Of a DNA stretch of 64,000 nt, positions 1 through 9,581 are shown in pieces. Within the stretch, counting starts at the first letter, position 1; each line of letters opens with the position of its first letter. The position numbers were made by a program, and so were the translations under genes. Origin of the DNA: an uncultured Chloroflexia bacterium (lineage in GTDB: Bacteria; Chloroflexota; Limnocylindria; Limnocylindrales; CSP1-4). The notes under the pieces were generated by a model. That model made no database searches. It was not told the DNA's origin and saw only the letters and a list, made by a program, of their open reading frames with translations. Location of the stretch: positions 896,001-960,000 of the forward strand of contig CAWFXA010000003.1 in the NCBI GenBank assembly GCA_963819655.1, read 5' to 3'.

Positions 1-687
1 ACGCGGACGATCGTCGCCCCCTCCTCGACGGCCACCTCGAAGTCGTCGCTCATCCCCATCGACAGGTCCAGGCCGAGAGGCGCACCGGCTGCCCGCAGGC
101 GCTCGGACAGCGTGCCGGAGCCCCGCGAAGGTCGACCTGGCCGCCTCGGCGTCGGCAACGAGACGGCCGATGGTCATGAGACCGCGGACCTCGAGCGCGT
201 CGAGCCCGGACGTCCGCTCGACCGCATCGTCCAGCTCGGCCGGCGCGAAGCCGGCCTTCGACGGGTCGTCGTCGACGTTGACCTGGAGCAGGACCGGGTA
301 GCGCGCGGCCGGGCCGGCGCTTCGGACATCGCGGGCGAGGCGGTCCAGCCGCTCGGCCAGCCCGACGGAGTCGACGGACTGGATGAGGTCGAAAGCCTCG
401 AGCGCGCGGCGGGCCTTGTTCGACTGGAGCGGACCGATCAGGTGCCACGTCGCGCCGGCGACCTGCGCGACCTTGGACTCGCCCTCCTGGACGCGGTTCT
501 CACCGAGCGTGCGGATCCCGGCCCCGACGGCGTCGAGCAGGCGGCTCGCGTCGACCTCTTTCGAGACCGCGACAAGCGTGACATCCGCGGGGTCGCGACC
601 GACCCGCGCGCAGGCGACGGCGATCCGCGCGAGGACAGCGGCGTGCGCAGCACGGAGGGTGTCGATGTCCGTGGTCGGGCCCGTCAT
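1..687 (-). CDS. yggS: YggS/PLP homeostasis protein (3' end runs off window)
   Basis: Manual translation from ATG 687: VTLVAVSK, GENRVQE, WHLIGPLQSNK, LSMGMSDDFEVAVEEGATIVR motifs; position after ftsZ. Confidence 0.93.
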   Translation of the reverse strand, partial: MTGPTTDIDTLRAAHAAVLARIAVACARVGRDPADVTLVAVSKEVDASRLLDAVGAGIRTLGENRVQEGESKVAQVAGATWHLIGPLQSNKARRALEAFDLIQSVDSVGLAERLDRLARDVRSAGPAARYPVLLQVNVDDDPSKAGFAPAELDDAVERTSGLDALEVRGLMTIGRLVADAEAARSTFAGLRHAVRAPAGSRCASRPGPVDGDERRLRGGRRGGGDDRPR

Positions 688-718
688 CGCCTCGCTGCCG
701 GCGTCGCGCCGGCCGGGA

Positions 719-1945
719 TCACTTGCGGCGGAGGAAGCTCGGGATCTCCAGGTCGTCGGCGTCGTACGTCACGGGCCGTCGGGCGGCGTTCTCGCCGGCC
801 GTCCGCTCGATCCGGGGCGAGCTGATGAGAGCGGCGGCCTCGTCCTCGCGGATCGTCGGGCTGAAGGCGCCGTCACCACCCTGCTCGCGCTGGCGCTCCA
901 GCTCCTGCAGGAAGTCGCGCTCGTGAGCGACGCGCGACGATGCCGCGCCTTCCAACACGCCGGTGGCCTCGCGGTGGATGCTCGTGCGCCGCTTGCCACC
1001 GTCGAAGCCGGTGGCGATGACCGTGACCATGACCTCGTCGCCGAGCCGCTCGTTGAAGCTCGTGCCGAACATGATCAGGGCCTCCGGATCGGCGGCCTCC
1101 TTGATCGCCTCGGCGGCCTCGTTGACCTCGAAGAGCGACAGGTTCGACGAGCCCGTGATGTTCCACAGGATGCCCTGGGCGCCGTGGATGTCGAGCTCGA
1201 GGAGAGGGCTCGCGATCGCCTGTTGGGCGGCCTCGACCGCCCGGTTCTCACCAGTCGCCCGGGCGATGCCCATCAGCGCGGACCCAGCGTCCTTCATGAC
1301 GGCCCGAACGTCGGCGAAATCACGGTTGATGAGGCCGGGCACCGTGATGATGTCGCTGATGCCCTGGACGCCCTGGCGCAGCACGTCGTCGACGACCCGG
1401 AACGCGTCGAGGATGCTGGTGTTCTTCTGGACGACGTCCTTGAGGCGGTCGTTGGGGATCGTGATCAGCGCGTCGACCTGTGCCTTCAGCTCCTCGGCGG
1501 CCTTCTCGGCCACGAGCTTGCGGCGATTGCCCTCGAACGCGAACGGCTTGGTCACGACGCCGATCGTCAGTGCGCCGGAATCCTTGGCGATCTGGGCCAC
1601 GACCGGCGCCGCGCCCGACCCGGTCCCGCCGCCGAGCCCGGCCGTGATGAACACCATGTCCGATTCCGCGAGGGCGGAGGCGATCTTGTCGGAGTCCTCC
1701 TCGGCGGAACGCTGCCCCATCGCGGCATCGCCGCCGGCACCGAGCCCGCGGGTCACTTTGTCGCCGATGCGGATCTTGTGCGGCGCATCCGACTGGAGGA
1801 GGGCCTGCGCGTCCGTGTTGCAGGCGATGAACTCGACGCCCATCATCTCGGCCCGGATCATCCGGTTGACGGCATTGCTCCCGCCACCACCGACACCGAT
1901 GACGCGGATCAACGCGAAGTTCTCGGAATCGGAACGCAACGGCAT
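719..1945 (-). CDS. ftsZ: Cell division GTPase FtsZ
   Basis: [20 protein letters not shown] tubulin motif, C-terminal [11 protein letters not shown]; GGAGGAG RBS before ATG 1945. Confidence 0.98.
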   Translation of the reverse strand: MPLRSDSENFALIRVIGVGGGGSNAVNRMIRAEMMGVEFIACNTDAQALLQSDAPHKIRIGDKVTRGLGAGGDAAMGQRSAEEDSDKIASALAESDMVFITAGLGGGTGSGAAPVVAQIAKDSGALTIGVVTKPFAFEGNRRKLVAEKAAEELKAQVDALITIPNDRLKDVVQKNTSILDAFRVVDDVLRQGVQGISDIITVPGLINRDFADVRAVMKDAGSALMGIARATGENRAVEAAQQAIASPLLELDIHGAQGILWNITGSSNLSLFEVNEAAEAIKEAADPEALIMFGTSFNERLGDEVMVTVIATGFDGGKRRTSIHREATGVLEGAASSRVAHERDFLQELERQREQGGDGAFSPTIREDEAAALISSPRIERTAGENAARRPVTYDADDLEIPSFLRRK

Positions 1946-2062
1946 CGGGCTCTCCTCCGGCGACCCTTTGGGGGTCCTGGGCGGTGTCATCGGGTGTTCT
2001 CGGTCAGCGCGCTCGGTCGGGACCCTGGTGCCTCGGTGGCGGACGGGTCCGTGGGTCCGGGG

Positions 2063-2068
2063 AGTATA
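2063..2068 (-). promoter_or_regulatory. Putative -10 box (TATACT) of an internal ftsZ promoter
   Basis: TATACT in the 220-bp yjbQ-ftsZ gap; no good -35. Confidence 0.4.
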
Positions 2069-2166
2069 GCGCTGAGGCCAAGGGCTGGCCATCGAGCCTC
2101 CTGCCGTTCGAAGGGCTGCGGCAAGGGTCGGTGCCGGTGGCGCCGCCGAGGGAGGCCCAGCCGCCC

Positions 2167-2580
2167 CTACCCCGCCAAGAAGCTGAGCCGGACCGTCCGT
2201 TCCGCGTTGTCGGCATTGGGGTCGAGCAGGCAGATCGACTGCCACGTCCCGAGCGCCGCGCGGCCGTCGATGACCGGGACCGTCAGCGACGGCGCCGCCA
2301 GCAACGGCAGGACATGGTCGGCACCGTGGCCCGGCGACCCGTGCCGGTGCCGGTACAGCCGGTCCTCGCGTGGCAGCAACCGGTCAAGGGCGTCCATGAG
2401 GTCGTCGTCCGAGCCCGATCCGACCTCGACAACGACGAGGCCGGCCGTCGCATGCGGCACGAACACGGACAGCAAGCCGTCCCCGGCCTCGATGTCCGAG
2501 AGGAACGCGGCCACCGCCGGCGTCAGGTCGGCCAGCCCGCGGGCGGACCCCGTCCGGACCGTCAGTACCCGTGTCTCTAC
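2167..2580 (-). CDS. yjbQ: YjbQ/UPF0047 family protein (start codon non-canonical or uncertain)
   Basis: [32 protein letters not shown] motifs; homology begins at a GTA codon overlapping the ftsA stop. Confidence 0.85.
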   Translation of the reverse strand, partial: VETRVLTVRTGSARGLADLTPAVAAFLSDIEAGDGLLSVFVPHATAGLVVVEVGSGSDDDLMDALDRLLPREDRLYRHRHGSPGHGADHVLPLLAAPSLTVPVIDGRAALGTWQSICLLDPNADNAERTVRLSFLAG

Positions 2581-3809
2581 GGGAAGATACTCCGGAGGGC
2601 GTCGCGGATGCGGCCCAGGCCACCCATCGCGGGCGCCGACTCGTAGCGCAGCGGCTCGCCGTCGACGAGCGTCGTGGCGCCCCATTGGAGCAGCCCGACA
2701 CCGGTGCTGTAGGCCGGCGTCAGCAGGGTGTCGACCAGCCCGCCGATGCCGCTCGGTGCTGCGACGCGGACGGGCATCTCGAGGACCTCGCGGCCGAGCT
2801 CGGCGATCCCCGACAGCTGCGCCGAGCCGCCCGTGAGGATCACCCCGGCGGGCAGCTGCCGCACGCCCGCCGCGCGGATCTCGTTGCGCAACAGCTCGAA
2901 GGTCTCGCGCATCCGCGCCTCGATGACCTGACACACCTCGAGCCGGCTGACGGTCCGACCGGCGTCCTCGCCCAGGACGCTCACGCTGATCTCCTCGTCG
3001 TCGGTCACCGTTCGCAGGTCCGCCGTCCCGTTCTGGATCTTCAGCTCCTCGGCGGTCTGGAGCGAGGTCTTGAGGATCGCGGCGATATCGTTGGTGAGGT
3101 TGTTCCCACCGATCGGCAGGACCCGCGTGTGGAATGGCGAGCCATCCTGAAACAGGGCGAGGTCGATCGTGCCCGCGCCGAAGTCGGCGACCGCGACACC
3201 GAGGTCCTTCTCCGTCTCGTTGAGCACGGCCTCGGCCGACGCCAGGGAGTTCACCACCAGCTCGTCGATCTTGACGCCGGCCGCCGCGACGCACTTGGAC
3301 AGGTTGGTCACCGCGGTGGCGGAGGCGGTGACGATGTGCGTCTCGACCTCGAGACGCAACGCGCTCATCCCCATCGGGTCCTTGACCCCCTCCTGCCCGT
3401 CGACCGAGAAGCCGCGCCGCTCGACGTGGAGGACCTCGCGGTTGGACGGGATCGGCACGGCGCGCGCGACGTCGATCGCGCGGTTGATGTCCTCGCGGCT
3501 GACCTCGCGATGATGTCCGGTGACCGCGACCTGGCCGGGCGAGTTGAGGCTCTCGACGTGCTGCCCACCGACCCCGACGAACGCGCGGTCGATCTTCCAA
3601 CCCGACAATCGCTCCGCCTTCTCGACCGCCTCGGCGATCGAGTGGACCGTCTGGTCGATGTTGATGACGACGCCCTTCTTGAGACCAGATGCCGGGACGG
3701 TCCCGTGGCCCATGATCGTCAGCCGCCCGTCGCGACCCACCTCGCCGATGAGCGCGCAGACCTTGCTGGTGCCGACGTCGATGCCGACGAGGACCGCTTC
3801 ACGTTCCAC
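2577..3809 (-). CDS. ftsA: Cell division protein FtsA
   Basis: GIDVGTSKVCALIGE, DFGAGT, ILTGGSA actin-like motifs. Confidence 0.97.
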   Translation of the reverse strand: MEREAVLVGIDVGTSKVCALIGEVGRDGRLTIMGHGTVPASGLKKGVVINIDQTVHSIAEAVEKAERLSGWKIDRAFVGVGGQHVESLNSPGQVAVTGHHREVSREDINRAIDVARAVPIPSNREVLHVERRGFSVDGQEGVKDPMGMSALRLEVETHIVTASATAVTNLSKCVAAAGVKIDELVVNSLASAEAVLNETEKDLGVAVADFGAGTIDLALFQDGSPFHTRVLPIGGNNLTNDIAAILKTSLQTAEELKIQNGTADLRTVTDDEEISVSVLGEDAGRTVSRLEVCQVIEARMRETFELLRNEIRAAGVRQLPAGVILTGGSAQLSGIAELGREVLEMPVRVAAPSGIGGLVDTLLTPAYSTGVGLLQWGATTLVDGEPLRYESAPAMGGLGRIRDALRSIFP

Positions 3810-3837
3810 GTTCCCGTCCGTCTCCCTCTAGGCCGGC

Positions 3838-4161
3838 TTAGAGGAAATGCCGGCGGATGAGTGCCACGTTATCGAAGATGCGAAGACCGAAGGTGATGAG
3901 GGCCACCAGATACAGGTCAAGGCCCAGGCGGTCACCGACGAATGTCAGCAGGACCGCGATGATCGCGTTGACAAGGAAGCCGCTGATGAAGATGCGATTG
4001 TCGTAGACCCCGTCCAGCTCCGCGCGGACCGCCCCGAGGACCGAATCCAGCGCGGCAAGGATCGCCACGGCCGAGTACCGGCTGAGCTCGAAGCCGACGT
4101 TGATGTTGAGGACGAGACCCGCCAGGACGCCCACGAGGAGCCCGAGCAGGGGAAGCAGCAC
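3838..4161 (-). CDS. sbp: Small basic protein Sbp (DUF1290)
   Basis: YSAVAILAALDSVLG...FISGFLVN...GDRLGLDLY...FGLRIF.N.A.IRR; GGAGGAGG RBS; between ftsQ and ftsA. Confidence 0.88.
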   Translation of the reverse strand: MLLPLLGLLVGVLAGLVLNINVGFELSRYSAVAILAALDSVLGAVRAELDGVYDNRIFISGFLVNAIIAVLLTFVGDRLGLDLYLVALITFGLRIFDNVALIRRHFL

Positions 4162-4201
4162 GTGGTCCCTCGTCCTCCTCCGTCTGGTTTGGCCAAGGCT
4201 A

Positions 4202-5095
4202 TCACGGGACCGGGGGCTCGCTCGGGATGGGCGTCGCCTTCGTCGTGAACGTCCCGTCGGTCTCGGACGCGAGGATGATGCGGTCGATGAGCGGTTCGCG
4301 CCCGATGAGCAGGCTGCGCAGCAAACGGACCTGGCCCGGGATGAGCTCGGGCGTCCGCAGGGTGGGCGTGTAGAACCCGAAGACGGCCTGCCAGGTGGCG
4401 GGCTTCGTCCGCAGTGTGAAGCCGTTCGCATCGCTGACGAACACGTGGAGCGCCTCCGCCTCGCTGCCCACGTCGGCCGGGACGAGCGACGCGAGCCGGG
4501 TGGCCGCGTCGAGATCCACCCGGTCGAGCGCGCGCCCGACCGACAGGCCGACCGATGCCGCGCGGCGGTCCTCGACCACCGGCAGGTCGGCTGCGCTATC
4601 GGGTGGGGCCTCCGGCAGCCGGGCGAACAGCTGCCCGTCCGTGTCGACGAGATAGCGCCTGGCGCCGACCTGCCAGACGAGGATCGGCGTGCGCTCCCGC
4701 AGACGCACCGCGAGGGTATCGGGCAGGCGGACCGACACGTCCGCCGAGCGAACGGTCGGCAGCTCGCGGATCCGCGCCTCGAGCGGCGGTGTCACGAGCG
4801 CGAACAGGTTCGCGCCGCGCGCCTCCTCCAGCACGGCCCGGACCGCGGCCTCGTCGGTGAACGTGTCGCCCTCGACGGTCGCGTACGCATAGCTGAACAC
4901 CGGCGACTGGGCCACGCCGTACATCGCCGACGCCGACAGGAGGATCACCAGGATCGCGCCGGCCCGGACCGGGGTCAGCCCGGCCGAGGCGCGCCGGATC
5001 GAACGGGTTCGGCGCGCCGGCGCCCCCAGCGATCGCCGCATGGTCGGCCGGATCGGCGCGGGACGACGCGACGGCGGCCGCGGGCGCAGGGTCAT
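4202..5095 (-). CDS. ftsQ: Cell division protein FtsQ/DivIB
   Basis: Single TM, POTRA-like region, LPDTLAVRLRERTP motif; ATGA overlap with ddl. Confidence 0.88.
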   Translation of the reverse strand: MTLRPRPPSRRPAPIRPTMRRSLGAPARRTRSIRRASAGLTPVRAGAILVILLSASAMYGVAQSPVFSYAYATVEGDTFTDEAAVRAVLEEARGANLFALVTPPLEARIRELPTVRSADVSVRLPDTLAVRLRERTPILVWQVGARRYLVDTDGQLFARLPEAPPDSAADLPVVEDRRAASVGLSVGRALDRVDLDAATRLASLVPADVGSEAEALHVFVSDANGFTLRTKPATWQAVFGFYTPTLRTPELIPGQVRLLRSLLIGREPLIDRIILASETDGTFTTKATPIPSEPPVP

Positions 5096-6225
5096 CGGGG
5101 CAGGTCGCCGGTCCCCAGCTTGGTCGCCGGCCGGGCGGCGTGGCGCTCCAGTGCCAGTTCGACGATGCGCACGCACACGTCGGCGAACGTGTAGCCCCCC
5201 TCGGCCGGCATCGTCGGGAAGAGGCTGATCGGGGTGAAGCCCGGGATCGTATTGATCTCCGACACGACGATCCGCTCGCCCGACATCAGGAAGTCGACCC
5301 GCGCGAAGCCCTCCGCTCCGATGGCCCGGTAGACGTCCCGGGCGAGCTTGTGGATCACGGCTCGCTCGACGTCACTGACCTCAGCGCGCGTCGACGTCTC
5401 GGACAGGCCGGGCGTGTACTTGGCGGCGTAGTCGTAGAACTCGTTGCCGCTGATGACCTCGCCGGGCCCGTACAGCTCGAGGGCGGCGTGGTCGTTCCCG
5501 ATGATCGACATCTCGAGGTCGCGGGCGTTGGGCATATAGGCCTCGACCAGGGCGAGCGTGTCATACCGAAACGCACGGTCGAGAGCCGCCGCGAGCTCCG
5601 CCGCGTCGTGCACGAGGGTCATGCCGATCGAGCTGCCGAGTCGGGCCGGTTTGACCATGAGTCGGGGGTCGGCCTCGCCGGCGGCGAACGCCAGCATCTC
5701 TCGCCGCACACCGGGACGGTCGGCCTTCCAGCGCGACGCGCGCACCTCGCGCCAGTCGACGACCGGGATGCCGAGACCCCGGCTCAGCCGCTTGAACAGG
5801 GTCTTGTCCATGCCGAGCGCCGAAGCCGCGACGCCTGAGCCCGTGTACGCCAGCCCGACCGCGTCGAGCATCGCCTGGATGGTCCCGTCCTCGCCGAACG
5901 GTCCGTGCAGCCCGATGACCACGACGGGCGCCGGGTCGGACGCAGCCAGCCGATCGAGCGCGGCACCGACGGCGATCGGCCCCTCCGCGCCCAGTCCGCG
6001 GGGGTCGTCGTAGGCGGCAGCATCGCGATCTCCGCGCCGGTGGTCGGCCGGCAGCCACCACCACGCCCCGTCGAGGTCGATCAGCACCTGGCGGACGTCG
6101 GCACCGGCCTCGGCGAGTGCCAGCGCGATCGCCGAGCCCGACACGATCGACACGTCGTGCTCGGCCGACGGGCCGCCGAGCAGCACGACGATCGGCGGGA
6201 GCTCGGCGGCGGTCACTCCGGCCAC
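5092..6225 (-). CDS. ddl: D-alanine--D-alanine ligase
   Basis: GGPSAEHDVS, LHGPFGEDG, GSSIG, YDYAAKY, EINTIPGFT. Confidence 0.97.
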   Translation of the reverse strand: MAGVTAAELPPIVVLLGGPSAEHDVSIVSGSAIALALAEAGADVRQVLIDLDGAWWWLPADHRRGDRDAAAYDDPRGLGAEGPIAVGAALDRLAASDPAPVVVIGLHGPFGEDGTIQAMLDAVGLAYTGSGVAASALGMDKTLFKRLSRGLGIPVVDWREVRASRWKADRPGVRREMLAFAAGEADPRLMVKPARLGSSIGMTLVHDAAELAAALDRAFRYDTLALVEAYMPNARDLEMSIIGNDHAALELYGPGEVISGNEFYDYAAKYTPGLSETSTRAEVSDVERAVIHKLARDVYRAIGAEGFARVDFLMSGERIVVSEINTIPGFTPISLFPTMPAEGGYTFADVCVRIVELALERHAARPATKLGTGDLPR

Positions 6226-7172
6226 GGCCAGCCATCCCAGTCACCGATGAACTCGATCTCGTACTCGAGAGCGATGCCGCTCGTCTCGGCGACGACGGCC
6301 CGCACGTGATCCCCGAGTCGGCGCACGTCGGCCGCGCTGCCCTTCTGGTCATTGACGATGAAATTGGCGTGCTTCTCGGATACGACGGCACCGCCGATAC
6401 GGTGACCCTTGAGACCGGCAGCCTCGATGAGGCGCCCGGCGGAGTCCCCGGGCGGATTGCGGAACACGCTGCCGGCCGACGGCAGACCGAGCGGCTGATG
6501 CGCCTGGCGCCAGCGGCGGATGTCGTCGAGGCGCGTCTTGATCGTGCCCGGGTCGGCCGGCTCGAGGTGGAACGTCGCGTCGAGGATCAGATCGGGCGGG
6601 CGGTCCCCGGCCGGCTGCTTGAAGCGGCTCTCGCGGTAGGCCAGTCCGAGCTCGGCGACCGGCACCACCGCCTCTCGACCCTCGCCGTCCAGCACGCGGG
6701 CGGACTCGATGACGCCGGCCATATCCGATTCGTGCGCGCCCGCGTTGGCCCACACGGCACCGCCGACAGTGCCCGGGATGGCCAGACCGAACTCGAGCCC
6801 GGTCAGCCCCCCTTTCTGCGTCTCCGTGGCGGCACGGGCCATCGGCACACCGGCGTCGGCGACATAGCGGTCGCCGTCGATGCGCGACCCCTCCGCGCGA
6901 TCCTGGATGACGAGGCCGCGGATCCCACGGTCGCTTATGACGAGGTCGCTCCCCCGCCCCAGGATGCGGTGGGAGATGTCGCGTGCGCGCGCGTAGCGAA
7001 CGAGCGCGCGCAGCTCGAATAGGTTGTGGACGGTCGCGAACAGGTCGGCCGGGCCGCCGACCCGCATCGTCGTGAACCGCGCCAGGGGCTCGTCCCGCGA
7101 GGTCTTGACGCCGACCCGTCGCTGGATGTCGGACCCGGCCGCGATCGCGTCGAACGCGGCCACCGCGGTCAC
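6213..7172 (-). CDS. murB: UDP-N-acetylenolpyruvoylglucosamine reductase
   Basis: TTMRVGGPAD, IPGTVGGA..NAGA, SAGSVFRNP, SEKHANFIVN. Confidence 0.96.
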   Translation of the reverse strand: MTAVAAFDAIAAGSDIQRRVGVKTSRDEPLARFTTMRVGGPADLFATVHNLFELRALVRYARARDISHRILGRGSDLVISDRGIRGLVIQDRAEGSRIDGDRYVADAGVPMARAATETQKGGLTGLEFGLAIPGTVGGAVWANAGAHESDMAGVIESARVLDGEGREAVVPVAELGLAYRESRFKQPAGDRPPDLILDATFHLEPADPGTIKTRLDDIRRWRQAHQPLGLPSAGSVFRNPPGDSAGRLIEAAGLKGHRIGGAVVSEKHANFIVNDQKGSAADVRRLGDHVRAVVAETSGIALEYEIEFIGDWDGWPWPE

Positions 7173-8329
7173 GCCAGCGACCCGCGCGACCGTCGTTCGA
7201 CGGTGGCCGGGTCGGGCAGCGGCTCGCGTCGTGCTGCCGCGAGCACGAGATCGGCCACGGCATCGGCCGCCCCGGGCCGGCCGAGGCTGCGGCATGCCGC
7301 CGACATCGCCAGGTGGGCCGACGGATCGTCGAGCAGCTGCGCGGCCTCGATCAATGCTGCTGCATCGAAGTCGCCATCGTCGATCAGCCGGCCCGCTCCG
7401 GCCTCGACGAGCTGGCGGGCATTGGCCTTCTGGTGTCCGGCGGCGTGCGGATAGGGCACGACCACGATCGGCAGACCCAGGGCGGTCACCTCGGCGAGCG
7501 TCGACGAGCCCGCACGACCGACGACGAGGTCGGCGGCGGCCAGGGCGGTCAGCATGTCGTCGCGCAGGAACGGGTGCGGGCGGTAGCGCTCGCGCTGGTC
7601 CGCCGGGAGCGCCTCGCGACCCGTCAGCGCCGCCGCATAGCCGTCGTCCCCGGTCACGTGGATGACGACCACCCGCTCGGTCAGCCGAGGCAGCGCCTCG
7701 GCGACCGCGGCATTGAACCGACGGACCGCCTGCGACCCCCCGAAGATCAGCAGCACCCGCGCCCCGGGTGTGATGCCGAGCCGCTGGCGGGCGGCCTCAC
7801 GGTCGATCGATGCTGTGTCACGGATCGGCGTGCCGGTCACGTAGCACGGCCGGCCGGGCGCGGCGGACGCCAGCGTCGCGCAGGTCGCCTCGAACGAGAC
7901 CGCCAGCACGTCGGCGAGCCGGGCCGTCGCACGCACAGCGCGGCCGGGGATCACGTTGCCGTCCCACAGCACGACCGGGATGCCGAGCGGGGCCGCGGCA
8001 AGGAGCACCGGGACCGCCACGTACCCGCCGGTCGTGAAGATCGCGGCTGGCCGCTCGGCGGCCAGGATCGCCGCCGCCTGCGGCACCGAGGCGCCGAGGC
8101 GGAGTGGGTCGAGGACGACGTGCGCGTCCAGCTCGACCGAGCGCAGCGAACGGAGCGCAAGCCGCCGGAACGTGATCCCGGCCGCCGGGACGATGCCCGC
8201 CTCGAGACCGCGATGCCCGCCGAGCCAGCTGAGCTCAGCGCCGTCCGGTCGCGCGCGCAGCGACCGGGCGACGGCCAGAGCCGGGTAGATGTGCCCGCCC
8301 GTTCCGCCGCCGGCGATCAGCAGTCGCAT
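7169..8329 (-). CDS. murG: Lipid II GlcNAc transferase
   Basis: GGGTGGHIYP, GGSQA, RAGSST, HQ..NA. Confidence 0.96.
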   Translation of the reverse strand: MRLLIAGGGTGGHIYPALAVARSLRARPDGAELSWLGGHRGLEAGIVPAAGITFRRLALRSLRSVELDAHVVLDPLRLGASVPQAAAILAAERPAAIFTTGGYVAVPVLLAAAPLGIPVVLWDGNVIPGRAVRATARLADVLAVSFEATCATLASAAPGRPCYVTGTPIRDTASIDREAARQRLGITPGARVLLIFGGSQAVRRFNAAVAEALPRLTERVVVIHVTGDDGYAAALTGREALPADQRERYRPHPFLRDDMLTALAAADLVVGRAGSSTLAEVTALGLPIVVVPYPHAAGHQKANARQLVEAGAGRLIDDGDFDAAALIEAAQLLDDPSAHLAMSAACRSLGRPGAADAVADLVLAAARREPLPDPATVERRSRGSLA

Positions 8330-9581
8330 CGTCGTTCCAGGTCCCCTTCTCGATGGTCTCGCGCGAGATCGAGAGAAGGATCCCGATCGCGGCGAAGCTG
8401 ATGATGAGTGACGACCCGCCGGCGCTGATGAACGGCAGCGTGATCCCGGTGATCGGCACGAGGGTCACGACGACCCCGATGTTGATGAACGCCTGGATGC
8501 ACAGCCAGGCCGTGATCCCCGCCGCCAGGAGCGCCCCGAACGTGTCGGGCGCGCCGAGCGCCACGCGGATGCCAGCGTAGGCCAGCAGCACGAACAGTGC
8601 GATGACGATGCCGGCACCGACGAGGCCGAACTCCTCGCCGATGATCGCGAAGATGAAGTCGTTGAAGGCGTTGGGGACGAACAGGCCGCCGGCCATCCGG
8701 CTCTCGCCGAGGCCCGACCCGAACACGCCCCCGAGGCCGAGCGCGAGCAGCCCCTGCACGGTGTGGTAGCCGATCGTGTCGGCGTACTTCCACGGATCGA
8801 GCCAGGCGCGGATGCGGTCCATCTGGTAGCCCGCCAGGCCGACCATGATCGCGGCCAGACCGGCCAGACCGACCATCGAGCCCAGGTGGAAGGTGTTCCC
8901 GCCGGCGATGAACCACATCGTGAATGCGGTCAGGGTGATCACGATCGTCGTCCCGAGGTCGGGCTCCTTGAACACGAGCGCGATGATCGGCCCGGCGATG
9001 AGCAGGAACGGCACGGTCCCGCCCCAGAACCCACCGACCTTCAGACCGCGCTTCGCGAACCAGTGGGCGAGGTAGACGATCATGGCCAGCTTGGCCATCT
9101 CGGCGGGGTGGATGGCGGGCAGCGGGCCGAGCCGCAGCCAGCGCGCCGAGCCGCCGATGACGATGTTGAAGTCGTCGACGAAGACGAGGACGAGCAGGCC
9201 GAGAGCGATCAGGTAGCCCGGGATCGACACCAGCCGCAGGTAGCGGTAGTCGACCCGCATCATCGCGACCATCGCAAGCAGCCCGAGCAGTGCCCACTGG
9301 ATCTGGGGTCCGACGGTCTGGAACGTGTCGGCTTCGGCCGACAGGTAGCCCTTCATGGCCGACGACGAATAGACCATGAGGATGCCGATCGCCGCGAGGG
9401 CGACGACGACGACGAGGATCATGTAGTCCGGGGCGTGACGCTCGCGCTGGAGGGCCTGGGTCAGGTCCTTGGCGGGCGTCCTGTTGACCGACCGCCGCGA
9501 GTCGCTCGACCGTTTCCGCTCGCGCTCGTCCGGGTCGGCGAAGGGGCGACCGAACCGCGGGATCGGTGGGGCGAGGTTCAT
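8235..9581 (-). CDS. ftsW: SEDS peptidoglycan polymerase FtsW
   Basis: MVYSSS, GSARW, P.EMAK, EPDLGT, DFIFAIIGEE.G, GITLPFISAGGSS. Confidence 0.95.
   Translation of the reverse strand: MNLAPPIPRFGRPFADPDERERKRSSDSRRSVNRTPAKDLTQALQRERHAPDYMILVVVVALAAIGILMVYSSSAMKGYLSAEADTFQTVGPQIQWALLGLLAMVAMMRVDYRYLRLVSIPGYLIALGLLVLVFVDDFNIVIGGSARWLRLGPLPAIHPAEMAKLAMIVYLAHWFAKRGLKVGGFWGGTVPFLLIAGPIIALVFKEPDLGTTIVITLTAFTMWFIAGGNTFHLGSMVGLAGLAAIMVGLAGYQMDRIRAWLDPWKYADTIGYHTVQGLLALGLGGVFGSGLGESRMAGGLFVPNAFNDFIFAIIGEEFGLVGAGIVIALFVLLAYAGIRVALGAPDTFGALLAAGITAWLCIQAFINIGVVVTLVPITGITLPFISAGGSSLIISFAAIGILLSISRETIEKGTWNDDATADRRRRNGRAHLPGSGRRPVAARATGRR

Noticed and set aside
3802-3817. Canonical parS-like CGTTCCACGT at the ftsA start
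   Set aside because: Only the left half matches; not palindromic
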